This document shows, in pieces, positions 13,685-27,930 of a stretch of DNA of 64,000 bases (its first letter is position 1; the number at the start of each line of letters is the position of its first letter). The DNA is from Octopus sinensis (taxonomy: Eukaryota), in contig NC_043012.1 in NCBI RefSeq assembly GCF_006345805.1, positions 9,362,001 to 9,426,000 on the forward strand, written 5' to 3'. The notes under the pieces are model-generated. The model had not been told where the DNA came from. It saw only the letters and a program-made list of their open reading frames with translations, and did not search any database. The position numbers and the translations under genes are program-made.

Positions 13685-14692
13685 ATATTTTCTATGTTAT
13701 ATTTTCTTTTTTTATGTTTTTGTTTTTGGTTTTTCACTGTTTGATTTGCCTATTAGTGGTTTTATCTCTAATTTAATTTATACAGATATATATCTCATTT
13801 GTATACACTTGTATATATAATGCGTGCACTCACACACACATATATATATACATACACATATATATATAATGTGTGCATTACGTAGTCGGTCGATTCAGCT
13901 GAAAATATGCACACCTATGTTAAAGGTGCTGAAAAGTTTGCATGACAACTATTTTGTTCCTCAAATGAAAGGCGTCACCTCTAGGACAAAATTCATCATC
14001 TTATAAAATGTGGCCCCAGTAGACCCGAATGAAATCGGGTTATATTAACCAAAATGTGAAAAGGGGTCTAAATGGGGCTGGAAGGGGATTAAAATTTCAA
14101 GGAGCGGGTGTTTAGGAATTCTCTGTTACATCAAGCTAAAAAATTTGCGCCAGCCTTTTAATCGTTAATGTGTTGCCGTCCATGATAAAGAAGTTTTGAA
14201 TGCTTGCCATGGTGAGTCTACTGTCGTGAGGAAGAATCACTTCAAAACTTGATGTTTACGAATTTTCTTTTACATCAAGTTCAAAATTTTACGCCAGCCG
14301 TTAAACTGTCACTACGTTGCTGTCCGTCGTTAACAAATGCCAGCCATGGTGACTCTACTATCCTCAGATTCTATCCCTTCAAACTTTGGTTTCCAATATT
14401 TTATTATTTTTATTCAGCTCGCAAGTTCGTCTGTCCCTTTTAAATGTTAGCGTTTTGCTGTCTGCCTTGAAGCAGACCTTTCCATTGCCACTGCCTCATA
14501 TTTCTGATTGATCTTTCTAAATATTTTATTTCTCAACTTACTCAAGATCTTCTGTTGTTTATAAATGGGAGAGAGATAGATAAAGATAGAGAGTAAGAGA
14601 AAGCGAGGGAGAGTCCGAGAGAAAAGAAAAGTAAGAGAGTGGGAAAGTGAGAGAGAAAGGAGAGAGAAACATATACGGAGAATCAATATCAT

Positions 14693-14995
14693 CATCATCG
14701 TTTAACGTCCGTTTTCCGTGCTAGCACGGGTTGGGCAGTGTGACCGGGGTTTCGGAAGCCAGGAGGCTGCACCAGGCTCCAGTCTGATCTGGCAGTGTTT
14801 CTACAGGTGGATGACCTTCCTAACGCCAACCACTCTGTGAGTGTAGTGAGTGCTTTTTTCGTGCCGCCGGCACTGGTGCCAGGGAGTCTCGCAGTGGCAA
14901 CGATCAGTTGGTGCTTTTTACGTGCCACCGGCACAGAAGCAAGTCAAGGCGGTGATGCAATCGGCCACGTTCGGATGGTGCTTTTTACGTGCTGA
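14693..14995. mobile_element. SINE/LINE-tail repeat family (tttaacgtccg...ttcctaacgccaaccact...ggtgcttttacgtgccaccggcac)
   Basis: A homologous fragment lies at 9978-10065. Internal tandem ggtgctttttacgtgcc units. Confidence 0.7.
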
Positions 14996-16982
14996 AAGGA
15001 AGCAACAGAAAGTAACACCCACACTCTTACCCGCGCGTAGAGCGGGTCACCTTCAGCTAGTATATTTATATAAGCAAAGCAAGTAAAAAAAACATGTAAT
15101 CCGCAATGGTGGCTTGTGTAATGAACCACAGAAAATTTTTTCTTACCGTCATATCAAAGATTCGTTTTTATCTAGTTACAGATGAATCATGGTTTTAATG
15201 AATTGTAAAGCATGTACAAATCGTTGAAGTAGTTCGTTAGTAATACATCTTTGATAGAGATTTATACTATATCATAGATATAGATTGTATGTTTTTTACA
15301 ATAACATTTCTCAGACGCTCTGGCAGACGCGCTCGTGAATATTTTGATTGCAAGTGTATTTCCGCATCGGAGAACATCATCCACTCCCTTTAGATGATAT
15401 TCCACGCGATTCACCATTGTAAGGGGACTTTAGACACTTCAGTGTTTCAGCCTTATTGTGTGTGTCCTCAATCAAATCTGCCGCGTCAGACCTCTGACTA
15501 TATAAACAATCATATTTACAGAAATCAGCAAACAACCTACTGGCTGGAGCGTGCTGATGTCAGTCAAACAGAAAATAATTCATGAGATGCACGAAAAACA
15601 GCAAGAATCCAAGCAATAACGAATTTGTTCATTGACAATTCATTGTGGCTGATTCCAACGTGAAAGAATAGTTTCAGAACTTAAGCATTAATAACAATCA
15701 GCGGTATCTCTCTAGACTTAATGCCAAATATTCGTCAGAGGTCGAATCACACATTCCAGTGTTCTTCAGCACATAAATATATGATTCACCCTTAGAACGA
15801 GATCACCGCCCTTAGAGGGTTAGTGTGCATAACAAACGTGTTCATTGATGTCAGTGAACCTTGATTATGTGCTTCCAGTACCCTTGTTAGATTCATTGAT
15901 TCAGAAGTCAAACATCACCGCATTTCAAAGTTCTCCTACATCGAGGAAGCGTGTATATTTTGAATGTACATTTTGGAAAGGGATGAGATATTTTCGGATG
16001 ACTAAATACAACAGTGATGAACATGTTCACGCTCAAATCTGCTGGAATCTATTGAGGATGAGGAGATACACAACTGTTAGGATTCTCGTTGTTTTTCGTG
16101 TATCTTACGAATTGTTTTTGTGTTTGGTTAAAACGGATTAAAATATCAGTTTTTCGCTATAGGAAATTTATTTTAGAAGTAAATACTGACGAAGTGGATT
16201 ATTGTCAATCTGAGCTGCTATCATTAATAATTATGGATTAGATGTGGATTTTTTAAAATAGTTTAAGTCAGAGTGGAGTTTGTCAACCTCTGCAAGGTGT
16301 TTTAGCGCGATATTTTTATCAAAAGATAATCTTTCAAAAAATAAAAAAAAAATTATTGAACATTTTATGGAAAGCTATTTTTAATTCTAATTTTAAAACT
16401 GTACTTTGTAAAACTTCTTAAAAATATTTTCCAATAATTTTTAAAAGCCACAAAAATTCTATTCAAAAATAATTTAGATTCTTGAGAAGTTTTTTGTTTT
16501 TGTGAAAATCTTTCAAGACATTCTTTTAAAGAAAACGAATTGTTAATTCTAAACGGACAGTTAAGGTTCACATTTGAACATTTATTTAATGCGCGAACAG
16601 GTTACAGTTGCATATACAAATGTAGAAACAAAAGGATGTCTTGTTTCATATGTGTATTTCAACGTTTATGTCAATGCGTTTATATATATATATATTATAT
16701 ATTATATATAGATATATCTCTCTAGATATAATGTATATAGATGAAAATATAGATGAAGTGAGTTAGATAGAGGTATATAGATAATGTTAGTAAAAAGGGG
16801 TAAAAGTAAATAACGTAAAATAAAACAATAAAAATAAAAAGACCAAAATACAAAAAATGCAAAGAAATAAATGAAAATTGGAAGGAAAAATTTATAAAAA
16901 TATAAAGTATATAATGTGGAAAAACATCAAAAGAAAAATAATTTAAAAATAAACAAAATATAAAACAACATATGCAAAATGG

Positions 16983-17048
<66 letters not shown>

Positions 17049-17273
17049 ATCTATCTATCTATCTATCTATCTATCTAAACCCATGTATAATATATGCATA
17101 TATATATATATTATATATAATATATATATATATTATATATACATATATATATATACATATATATATACATATGTAATTAATAATATCAAAGGGTAATCTG
17201 AAATATTAGAAATCTCCATTACCAGTGGCCTAGTGTGTAAAAAGAATTTAGTCAATAGCCTATATATTATTTA

Positions 17274-17407
17274 TATAAATACAGTGTACATTTAAACAGA
17301 AAGAGGTATCCATTATAGGACTACCTGCACGCTAGAGGGGACAGTTAAATTCCAGACTACTATTAGGTATAAATCTCTCTGTCTGTCTGTCTTTCTTTCT
17401 CTCTCCC

Positions 17408-17464
<57 letters not shown>

Positions 17465-17558
17465 AATTTCCATTCGAAATTTTATCCCTAATAGTAGTTT
17501 GGAATTTAACTGTCCTTTCTAGCGTGCAGGTAGTCCTATGATGTGCACTGTATTTATA
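17274..17558. mobile_element. MITE-like element with long terminal inverted repeats around a (TATC)n tract
   Basis: taggactacctgcacgctagaggggacagttaaattccagactactattagg (~17316-17367) matches the reverse complement of ~17485-17539. Outer tataaatacagtg(t/c)ac repeats. Confidence 0.75.
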
Positions 17559-19499
17559 CATACATATGTATATAGATATAGCTAATTGTATGAATAGGAA
17601 GTGCAAAATTTTTAAAAAAGGAGTTATTATATGTGGAATATAGAGTGTAGCTACTTATTTACTCTTAACTCTTAGAGTTTCTTCATAAAAGTCTTAATAA
17701 CATTTCGAGTTACAGAAATCAACAAAGGAATTATTGCTTTGCAATTTGATTCTGACTTCAAAGTTTCGCCCTTTAGCAGATCGTCACATTGTCTGAGTAG
17801 CTGCTGGAGATGAAAGTTCACAATACAACCATGTTGCATTTTATTTGAGTAGTGCGCGTATATTGTATTAAGAGTGATATCTTACATGTTGCAAATACGT
17901 TTCGCTGTGAGAATAGTTCTTCAAAGATGTAAACGATATTACAAAACTCAGTTATTTTAGTTAAAAAGAATGATTGCAGGAAACAGTTTTTAGTGGGATG
18001 AGGCAAGAAGAATAATCGATAAAAGAAACAAAAGAGAATATCACTGGATATTTGTAGAGAGGCGGACATTTTAAAGCTTAAAAGTGGGAACAACACGAAC
18101 AAGGAGAGGATTGGTGGCAGGAGATATAACGGAAATAAAATTACATTCGAAAATCCGTTGCATTTGTTTCAAGATGTTTTAGGAAAATTCATCGAAGATA
18201 GCGGTTAAGTTTTATATATAAGTGGAGATATTCGACTGTTAACCAGCAATCGTAGGCTAAGGTAAAAACTACTGTAATTTTTCAGTGCTACGTATTAAAT
18301 ATGTGTGATATATACGGTTGGAAATTAAATTGTTATTTAATTATGAATTACGAATGTCTACAATAATCGTTATATACTGTTCGTGGTGTAATAAGGTAGA
18401 TATATACCTTGATCAAACCGTAAAGTCATCATTCTGTTAGGTTACAGAAAGGGTTAACTTGGAAATTTACATCTTCAGATTTGCGATGATTTAAAAAGGT
18501 TGAAATCAATGACAAAATTTTGCACTGAGGACATTGCCACAATATTTCAAAGAACGCTGAATAACTGGGTACAGGGGAATTTATTTTAGCTACTTTTTAG
18601 GGATTTAAAGATTCCCTAGAAATTGTAGGTGAAGATACCTAGAGCCGTATTGCTATTTGCATGTGAAGAGAAATGATTGCTCTTTGTACGAATTAAGCAG
18701 TGGAGAACAGAAAAGCAAAAGAGATTAAATTGAGCGAATAATGAAGAATGTTAGAAAGAATACGACAAAGAGAAAGATGGAAAAGCAAAATATTCGAACA
18801 AATAATACAACTTGTCAGATGAGAATATTGAAAATACGAATGAAAGAAAGCAACAATAAATAAATACATAAATAAATAAATAGATAAATGATAGTGAATA
18901 AATAAAGGATAATGAACATTAAATTTCTCAATAATGGGTTTGGAAAATGAGAAATAGAAAAGCCTGCGTAGTATTGCGAAAACCGACTGAGAAGCAGATA
19001 TCAATTGAAGCAATAAGTCCGTTGATAATTAAGTTACAAATCAAATTTAAGAAAATGAAAATGGATAAAAGACGAGGACAATTAAATTTAAACTTGTTAA
19101 AATTGACAGAATACAAACAGCACATAATGTGGAAATACGAAGCAAGTATGAACATTTACACAATAAGGAAGTAACACTAGAATCATATAACAAAAGAAGA
19201 TATGGCAGAAAAACGAAACCCGATTAAAACTTGCATGCAAACATCAGTAAAGGAAGGAGCGAGAAAAAAAAACAAAACAGAAGAAACGAAAGAAACAGGG
19301 ATGAGTGATGAGACTCCATGAAAAATCTATGAAACCGAAGAGTAGCAAAATAAAGATGAAGATAAATGTAAGAGATTACTAAATATAGAAACATGCGTTG
19401 AGTGTTGAAAAGAACAAAAGCCAAAGCTTGTGGTGTTTATGTGTGGGCGAAATGTGATGAGCAGATCCTTTCATTTCTTTATAATTTCATTCTTTTTCC

Positions 19500-19815
19500 C
19501 TTGTTTTAGTCATTAGACTGCGGCCATGCTGGGGTACCGTCTTGAAGAGTTTTAGTAGAACAAATCGACACCAATTCATAGTTTCAATCATACTTTGCTT
19601 ATTTTATCGGTCTCTTTTTTGCCGAAGTGTTCCACTACGGAGACATACGCGAACACAAAGACAAACACACAAAAACATATACAAGCCTCTGTCTCTCTCT
19701 TAGCAAATCTCTCTCTCCCTCTCTACCAAATCCACTCACAAGGATTTAGTCTATAGTGGAAGACACTTGCCCAAGCTGCCACGCAGTGAGACTGAATCCG
19801 CAACGCTGTAGCTGG
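19500..19815 (-). mobile_element. tRNA-derived SINE family 1, degenerate
   Basis: Homologous to 7644-8075. Confidence 0.75.
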
Positions 19816-19833
19816 GAAAAACTCTGCTGCGGA

Positions 19834-19913
<80 letters not shown>

Positions 19914-20489
19914 ATATATATATATGTATATACGACCAAAACACACCCCGTCCAATGGACGGTGCTGAGTTGTCAAACATTTGAACCAAATTTTCTCAAA
20001 ACAACTTCTCCGACCGTCCTATAGGCCTTCTCTTTGAGAAACACTGATTTAATCTAAATTTGAGACACCAGCAAAAGAAGAAATAAAGATAGACTTTTTT
20101 TTCTATTCCAAAGTTAACGATTTTATTCATACAAATATGCAACCGAAGAGTTTAAAGTACCAGTAATGATAAGGCTGTTGACTGGGAGAACACAAACATG
20201 GTTTAAACAGTAAGCTTGGCAGGAAAGAAACGTGCCTTTAAGCAGTACTAAAACAACATAGAATGGAAGGTGCAGTTATAAAATGAAAAGCAGGAGAAAA
20301 ACGGCTTTATCGATCGCATTCTCACCTGGAATCGATTTTTGTAATTTTTTCAAGATTTATACACGCTCTGATACCGTCGGTATCTACATATCAAATTTGA
20401 GCGCAATCGAATCGAGGATACCCGAAATCCGGGAAGACACACAGACAGATAGAACGGATTTTATATAAGATATATATTTATATATATAT

Positions 20490-20567
<78 letters not shown>

Positions 20568-20586
20568 TCATATATATATATATATT

Positions 20587-20641
<55 letters not shown>

Positions 20642-20644
20642 ATT

Positions 20645-20679
<35 letters not shown>

Positions 20680-21460
20680 ATATGTATGTATATATATATA
20701 TGTATATATTTGTATATACATATGTGTGTGTGTACGTATATATATATATGTATGTATTATACAATTATACGTATACACACACAAGTGTGGGCGTGTGTGT
20801 ATCATGCATATACATATACACTTTGTCATATTATAAAGTAATTTATTATAAATACCAGCACCACTTGTTTCATTCTGGCAAATTAGTCAGTAATTTTCCA
20901 TTAGAAATGCAAAATGTCACACCCCGGTCTCATCTATTACTCATGCAATGGATGAGAGTTTTATACAGAAATTATAAGTCAGAGTTGGATACATTTGTGC
21001 TAGCATCTGCAGTTATACATATAATCTCAATCTCAAGTATGATCTATCTACCTATGTATGTATATATGTATGTATGTATCTATCTAGCTATCTATACACA
21101 CATACATATATTCATAAATATACATGCAAATCTGTGTGTTTATATATATATATCTATTTATATATATACATATATATATATATGTGTGTGTGTGTTTGTG
21201 TGTGTATGTGTGTGTGTGTTTGTGTGTGTATGTGTGTGTGTGTGTTTGTGTGTGTATGTGTGTGTGTGTGTTTGTGTGTGTATGTGTATGTGTGTGTTTG
21301 TGTGTGTGTGTGTGTGTGTTTGTATGTGTATACAAAGAGTGAAATTGCAGTTAGCCCTCTTGCTGATAACTCATGCAGAATTGGTGACCTTCTGTGTCTG
21401 GTTTCCTTTTGTTTGGGCATTTATTACACATCTTTTTGAACTTATCTATCTATCTATCTG

Positions 21461-21498
<38 letters not shown>

Positions 21499-21499
21499 C

Positions 21500-21561
<62 letters not shown>

Positions 21562-21568
21562 ACATACA

Positions 21569-21604
<36 letters not shown>

Positions 21605-21606
21605 TA

Positions 21607-21640
21607 CTAGCAAAAATACCCGGCGTTGCCCGGGTTATAG
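21607..21640 (+). mobile_element. Helentron/Helitron-type terminal motif
   Basis: actagcaaaaatacccggcgttgcccggg, same motif class as at 12156. Confidence 0.6.
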
Positions 21641-21988
21641 AGACTAATCAAATCTAGATACGCCAACTATATTACGCAGGTTTCAATTGCTAGTTGCTGA
21701 GATACAAACATTCTATATTAATAACTGTTGAACCTATGCCAGCTTGGAATATAGACATTAAGTGAAATTGTTAAAGAAAGTTTTCAGCTCATATATGTAT
21801 ATAAAGTAAATACAAGTAATTCAAAAACACGTTCGTGTAACTTATTTCGTAACCAAAAAAAAAAAAAACCAGCTATAGACTATAAACAATGAAAGGCCGA
21901 TTTTGGTGATTCATTTGACAGAGGTAGTTGAGAACCAATCCAATGATAAATCTGACCTTGGATTTTGAAAATTTGCTTGAAACCTGGC

Positions 21989-22516
21989 TCAGTTAAATCT
22001 CTTTTGGCTCGAAATAATGTCATCTGCAGCGTTGTACCGTCTAATTTTGTTTTGAAAGTGCTTGGAATCTTGGTCAGTTGATGACAACAGTTTGTTCAAT
22101 AACGCTGGAGGTTGGGGGATTGCAGTGAGTTTAACCTTTCTACCACTGCATCGCAGTACCGGTTTCTCTCCAGGCCACTCCCTTGCTTTACGATGTATGC
22201 ATTCATTTGTCAATACATCAATGAAAACTCTAGTGTGATCTGCATAATGAACTCTTGGATCATAATTGAAAGCTACTTCATAGAATTTGCTTCTCTGAGC
22301 TGTTGCAACTGCTTTTCTTTCTGCAGTGGAGATCCTATGCCTTCTCAGCCGTGCATACCTCTGTTCATCACTTTGAGATGCTCTGGTTTTTGTAGTGCAT
22401 AGTCTGTTCCCTTCTTCGTATGCTTCCCTTTCAGCAGCTGTCTCTCTTTCCCTGGACAGAAACATTCTTTTGGCTGACCTTGACATTGTAAATAAACTTG
22501 ACACTTTCCCTGACAC
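21989..22516 (-). pseudogene. Helitron Rep/helicase N-terminal fragment
   Basis: AFNYDPRVHY...NECIHRKAREWPGEKPVLRCSGRKVKL...PQPPALLNKLLSSTDQDSKHFQNKIRRYNAA matches the typical AFNYDP / CxxC-A-WxGE-CCxxGKVxL / HFxxxIRxYN pattern, with the Cys residues eroded. Confidence 0.9.
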
Positions 22517-22649
22517 TTTCTTTGAAATAGAAAAAGTCTATCGTTATTTCTTCTTTTGCTGGAGTCTCAAATTAATTATCGAATGCATGGTACATTGTAC
22601 GAAGCCACACTCCCTTCCGAGTGGAAGACGTGTAGCGTCCACCAATGCA

Positions 22650-23077
22650 ACGATCCGTCAAAAGCGGCCAGCATTTGTTAGTTATAAGGGTATTGTCTTC
22701 CATTGCCTCAATGCCAGACCAGAAACTTCTTTGCAAACGCAGTAGAAGTAACTGGGGCGTGGCTGGAAAGTTGTACCACACCCTCCATATTTGTCCGACT
22801 TTGCGCCTTCAGATTTCCACCTGTTTTGGTCTATTCAATGTTCATTGAATGGACAGGCCTTCAACACTGAAGAGGATGTAAAAGTTCACCTAGATAAATT
22901 TTCCGTCAATAAACACAAGAAATTCTTTGAGCAGGGCGTAATAGATCTATCCACAAAGTGGTAGGCGACAATCGAACGAAACGATAATTATATTGATTAA
23001 ATAAACTGCCTTGTGTTAAAAATTTGTGTTTTACTTTCGCTTAAAACCCGAACGGTTTTTTTAATGCCAACCCAATA
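22650..23077 (+). mobile_element. mariner (DD34D-type) transposase 3' fragment with terminal repeat
   Basis: GIVFHCLNARP...GWKVVPHPPYLSDFAPSDFHLFWSIQCSLNGQAFNTEEDV...FFEQGVIDLSTKW (HPPYSPDLAPSDFHLF motif). Ends ...gccaacccaata followed by TA. Confidence 0.9.
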
Positions 23078-23089
23078 TAGTTACTGTCT

Positions 23090-23455
23090 TTTACTTGCTT
23101 CAGTCATTTGACTGCGGTCATGCCAGGATCACCCTTTGAAGGGTTTTAATCGATTGAATCGACCCGAGGACATGATTTTAAAACCTGGTACTTATTATAT
23201 CGGTCTTTTGCCGAACTCTTAAATTACAGATAGTTAAAGAAACCAACACTGGTCGTGAAGCAGTAGCGAGAGTTTGAGAAACACGCTCACAAAGATACAG
23301 AAACACACACTCACTCACACATACATGTATATATACGACGAGGTTCTTTCAGTTTCCATCTACCAAATCTGCTCACAAGTCTTTGGTTGACTTGAGGCTA
23401 CAGCAAGGGACACTTAACAATGTGGTTAGCACGCTTCTTACCACAAAACCACGCC
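23090..23455 (-). mobile_element. tRNA-derived SINE family 1, degenerate
   Basis: Homologous to 7644-8075. Confidence 0.75.
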
Positions 23456-24294
23456 GTATATATATATATGTATGTCTGTATATGTATATGTGCTTGTGTG
23501 CACGCATTTATGTAAACATGTTTCAATCGGCAACTTCATCTCTTCTGTAATTATATTTCATAGAAAAAGCACCAAAACTTACTTTAAGATCCCGAGATAT
23601 CCATGATTGCCAATCTTCAAACAATGCTTCGGCTTTCTGTCAAAACAAACATTGTTTCCAGCGAACTGACAGTAAATCTAAACCCTTTATGTTTCCCTTT
23701 TTGTTGTTCTGTTAGATTAGAGATGTTTTATATCTCTGATTGTTGCATTTGGTAATTGGTTGTATAAAACTAACTTCGCTGCTCCATACAAATGTCGTGA
23801 CACTCACGTTAATGTTGGACATGAGTGAAAAGAAACACATTCCCTACTAGAAAAACGCTAGCGGGTTCTGATCTTAAATGATAGATTACAAAACGATATG
23901 AATAGTAATGCATGCAGAAGAAAAGATGCAGAAGATTGATTGTCACTGTGCATAAATAGCATGATGCAGCTGAACCACAATATAAAATGAGGTTAGTTAC
24001 TTTATGAGCGATATATCAACCCAAGTCCCGAGATGATAAATTCCAAAAACGTATTAAATATGTAATATATTTGCTCAGTAAATCCTTTCTGTCCAACCTC
24101 AGTAACTTTGGATGTTAAAATGGAACCTTTTTTAAGAGAAGTTACTTCAACGTAAAGAATTTTTTTCTTTACGGACTTAAAGCCATGCCAATACGTTTAT
24201 ATAAACTAATACTAACCGACAAAATGAAACAAGTTATTACAAGAATTAGGAGTTGACTGAAAGCTCTTAGCCACGTTCGGAAGATTGTTTCTTT

Positions 24295-24800
24295 TACTTG
24301 TTTCAGTTACTAGATTGCGGCCATGCTGGGGCACTGCCTTGAAGAAATTATAATCGAACGAATAGACCCCATTGTTATTTTTTTAAAGTCTTGTCTATCG
24401 CTCTTTCATGCCGAACCGCATAAAAGCGATTGTGTGGGTTTGCTTACGAGACATAAACAAACCAATACCGGTTGTCAAGCGCTGGTAGGGAACAAGTTAA
24501 CAAACACAGACACAAAGACACACACACGCACGCACACGCACGCGCGCACACGCACACGCACGCACGCGCGCACACGCACGCGCGCACACGCACACGCACG
24601 CGCGCACACGCACACGCACGCGCGCACACACACACAGACGGCGAACATTTTTCCCTTTCTGTGTACTAAATCTACCCACAAGGCATTTGGTCTGCCCGAG
24701 GCCATAGTAGAAGACACTCACCCAAGGTGCAATGCAGTGGGGCTGAATCCGGAACCATGTATTTGAGAAGCAAGATTCCAATCACACAGCCACGCCTATG
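24295..24800 (-). mobile_element. tRNA-derived SINE family 1 with an expanded CG-rich (CA/CG)n centre
   Basis: Homologous to 7644-8075. The centre 24520-24636 is (cacgcacgcgcg)n. Confidence 0.8.
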
Positions 24801-25059
24801 TTTACACTATTTCTGTGAAGAGAGTAGAATTGGAGGAAAGTCTAATCAGATGGTCCGATCACGTAAAGACTTCATCGTTGCCTTGTACTTATATCGTATA
24901 ATTATATTTTGTTTCTGTTAGTTACAGCAACATTGATAAACCAGTAGTTGTGTGTTATAAATGAGATAACATTGTCCACCATGTTAGCTACACATATACA
25001 CATACACACAAGCACATGCGTTGGGGTGTGTGTATACGTGGTGTTATACTTTCCGTTTC

Positions 25060-25640
25060 TTGTTTAGATAGGTTGTAACTTGACGGGGGAAGGGTCAGTG
25101 TCTATGACATTTGCAGGCCATCCAAGGCCTGGGATCTTGATGCCGTTCACTCTCCTTTTATTCTGTTGCAGATCAATATCTATAGGAAAGATATAAGCAA
25201 AGAGAAAATCGTGGTGGTGTATGCAACAAAATGATAAGAAGTGGTAAGAAAGCGGGGGCTGCCTGAATGATGAGGGTTCGAGATTAGCATACTCCGTTGG
25301 AACGCGGGTCATTGTTATAATGATGGAAATGGCAGTGAGAAGGCAGCGCACCTGAGGCAGGAGGCTGGAGTGTGAATTTTAGTGACAGAATGCCCCTGAG
25401 TCGAGTGACTTTTCCCTGGAAGTGTCTTAAGATGTCAGTGAGAATAGCGGTATGGTTGTCCTAAATACGAAAACAATACTGAAATTATAGGATGCTCTTG
25501 AACCTGTTAGGGGCTGAAATATTTTCTAGTTCTGAACAGCGTGTCTACTTTTTAGGATGTCACCGTAACTATCTTAAGGATATCCTTTCATCAAAAGAGA
25601 TCATCGCTGATAATGAAGCCCAGAATTTGGAGCCACTTTC
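25060..25640 (-). pseudogene. Possible highly decayed Penelope-like retroelement C-terminal (GIY-YIG region) fragment
   Basis: GC-richer island. The minus strand has a KGYP motif and later Cys/His-rich stretches in roughly the order expected for Penelope-like elements. No intact motif; judged by eye. Confidence 0.3.
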
Positions 25641-25699
25641 AGGGGTCTTGTTCAGTTCCACTCGTGGTGGTGTTTTTAGGTGTGGTGTGGAGATTTAAG

Positions 25700-25910
25700 G
25701 TAGCGAGCTAGCAGAATCATTAACACTCCAGAGAAAAGGCTTAGCAGCATTTCATCCGTCTTTATGCTCTGAGTTCAAATCCCGTCGAGGTCAGCTTGGC
25801 TACTCGTCCTTCCGGGGTCGATAAAATAAGTACCAATTGAAAACTGGGGTTGTTGTAATCAACTTACTCCATCCCTTAAAATTGCTGGCTTTGTGCCCAA
25901 AATTTGAAAC
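25700..25910 (+). mobile_element. SINE-like family 3 (aggcggcgagctggcagaa...ttctgagttcaaattcc...aagtaccagt)
   Basis: Many copies in both orientations: ~27450, 35290, 36570, 45625, 45880, 46840 and their palindrome mirrors. Confidence 0.8.
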
Positions 25911-27341
25911 CAACATTAGTAACGCTTGAATAAATTTGCCTTTGAGTTTATTGCCATAGACACTATCATATTTATTTGCGATCTCAATTCATTTCATTTC
26001 CAAGAATATTCAGTTGGTCTTTTTTCCTATTTATAATCATAGTGAGAATATTACATTTTTTTATATTCATATTGAGAATGTTACATTTTCTTATAACTGT
26101 TTCTGGAAATGAAATGTAGAATTCAAAATCTATGTTACATTGTGAAGACATGAAGAGTATAAAATATTTCTTAATTATTTCCTATTTAGATCGTTCTACG
26201 TTATGTAATTTAACATAAACGTGCTCGAGCTTTTGAGTTACGTTATGAAAGTGGCACTTCACACTATAATAGATTCGTCGGAAAGAAAATAAAGCAATTT
26301 CTAAATGAAACCGTCAGCCACTAAGGGACGTGCTCCACCGAATAACGTCAAACAATTGACAAGCAAAGCTGTGGTATTGAGCAGAATATTTGCTGTAGCC
26401 CATCTTTTGTACCTGAAGAAAATTCTAATTGGGTCCCACCTGCAAGGTCATGCACTGTTTATTTTGATACATGGTGACTCGCACATGCATCACATATGGT
26501 TGTAATGCATGTGCGTGGTGTACCCTTATTAGACGGGTAGTCATGATGATTATATTGAGCTTCCTTTATTTCTACTCCACTGTAACACTGATGGCATGAG
26601 CTGCTCTCTCACTCAGTAGGAATAATGACAATAATAATAATGATAAATAATGGCGTGTGGTGCATAAACAGTGGGTAAAATGATCATGATAATTAGAACT
26701 ATATTGCGATATAAAAGGTCAGCTCTTTTTTTTAAAGAGCTATGATCAAAACAGTCCAGTAAATGTATCCTCGATTACATTATCAAATGCGGTCTTCCCT
26801 TCTTTTTCACACGGAGGGTATGTGCAACCGTTACTTCTCCAAGGATGAGGATCATGCACCTACTCATTGTAGTAAAATGTGTCAAATATAATCTAATTTC
26901 TCGTAATATTAAAGAACCACCCCTTTTTTTATGATAGTTTTAACAATGTTATATTATTTCTAATAAATATTTCTAGAGAAATATTATTTAATATACTGAA
27001 CAGTAACATCAGATTCTAGGGAAAAATGCAAAATTTCCTTATTAATTTCCAGTTTAGATGATCTTTCATATATAATTCAAAGTGGATGATGTATTGGCTT
27101 ATGAATTATTAATGCAATATATATACGCATGCAGAGAAACATATTTGCATGTCTGCAGGCAGGGACACATGCACAGATTGAGGAAAAAAATTTGAATTTA
27201 CTTACTTGCCATAAAGAGATATTTAGAAAAGAAAAAAAACGATGTTCAGAATATTCATTTAAAAATAAGTTTATTAAATGGAAAGTATATACAACCACAT
27301 GTAAAGCATAACAGGCATACATGCATATTTACCTATCTATC

Positions 27342-27930
27342 GAGGAGGTGCAATGGCCCAGTGGTTAGGGCAGCGAACTCGTGGTCAAAGGACCGCAGTT
27401 TCGATTCCAAGATCTGGCGTTGTTGGTATTTATTGAGCGAATAAGGCGGCAAACTGGCAGAATCTTTAGCACGCCGGGCGAAATGCATAGCGGTATTTCG
27501 TCGGCCGCTACGTTCTGAGTTCAAATTCCGCCGAGGTCGACTTTGCTTTTCATCCTTTCGGGGTCGGTTGAATAAGTATCAGTTGCACGCTGGGGTCGAT
27601 ATAATCGACTTGATCCGTTTGACTGTCCTTGTTTGTCTGTCCTTGTTTGTCCCTACTTGTGGGTAGTAAAGAAATAGGTATTTATTGAGCGAAAACACTC
27701 AAAGCATCACGAGGCTCCGGTAGAGGGTGGTGGCGAACGCTGCTGTACTTTTTCCCCACAACTTTTTCTCACTCTTTCTTCCTGTTTGTGTTGTATCTGC
27801 ATTTCGAAGAGCCAGCCTTGTCACACTCTGTATCAGTCTGGATCTCCCCGAGAACTGCGTTGAAAGTACACTTGTCTGTGGAGTGCTCAGCCACTTGCAC
27901 GTTGATTTCACGAGCAGGCCATAACCCAAA
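27342..27930 (+). mobile_element. Composite: tRNA-SINE family 2 interrupted by a family 3 copy
   Basis: Head caatggcccagtggttagggcagcg...gtttcgattcc, family 3 insert at ~27445-27620, then family 2 resumes at tttattgagcgaaaacac. Confidence 0.75.

Noticed and set aside
15070-16140. Moderately complex segments that may be old transposon coding sequence (also 1950-2250 and 33130-33600)
   Set aside because: No motif could be identified with confidence in any frame.
20682-21647. 321-aa ORF, the longest in the track, and similar YI/YV/CV/HT/LSIY ORFs
   Set aside because: They are translations of TA, TG, TATG and TATC microsatellites with no protein-like content.
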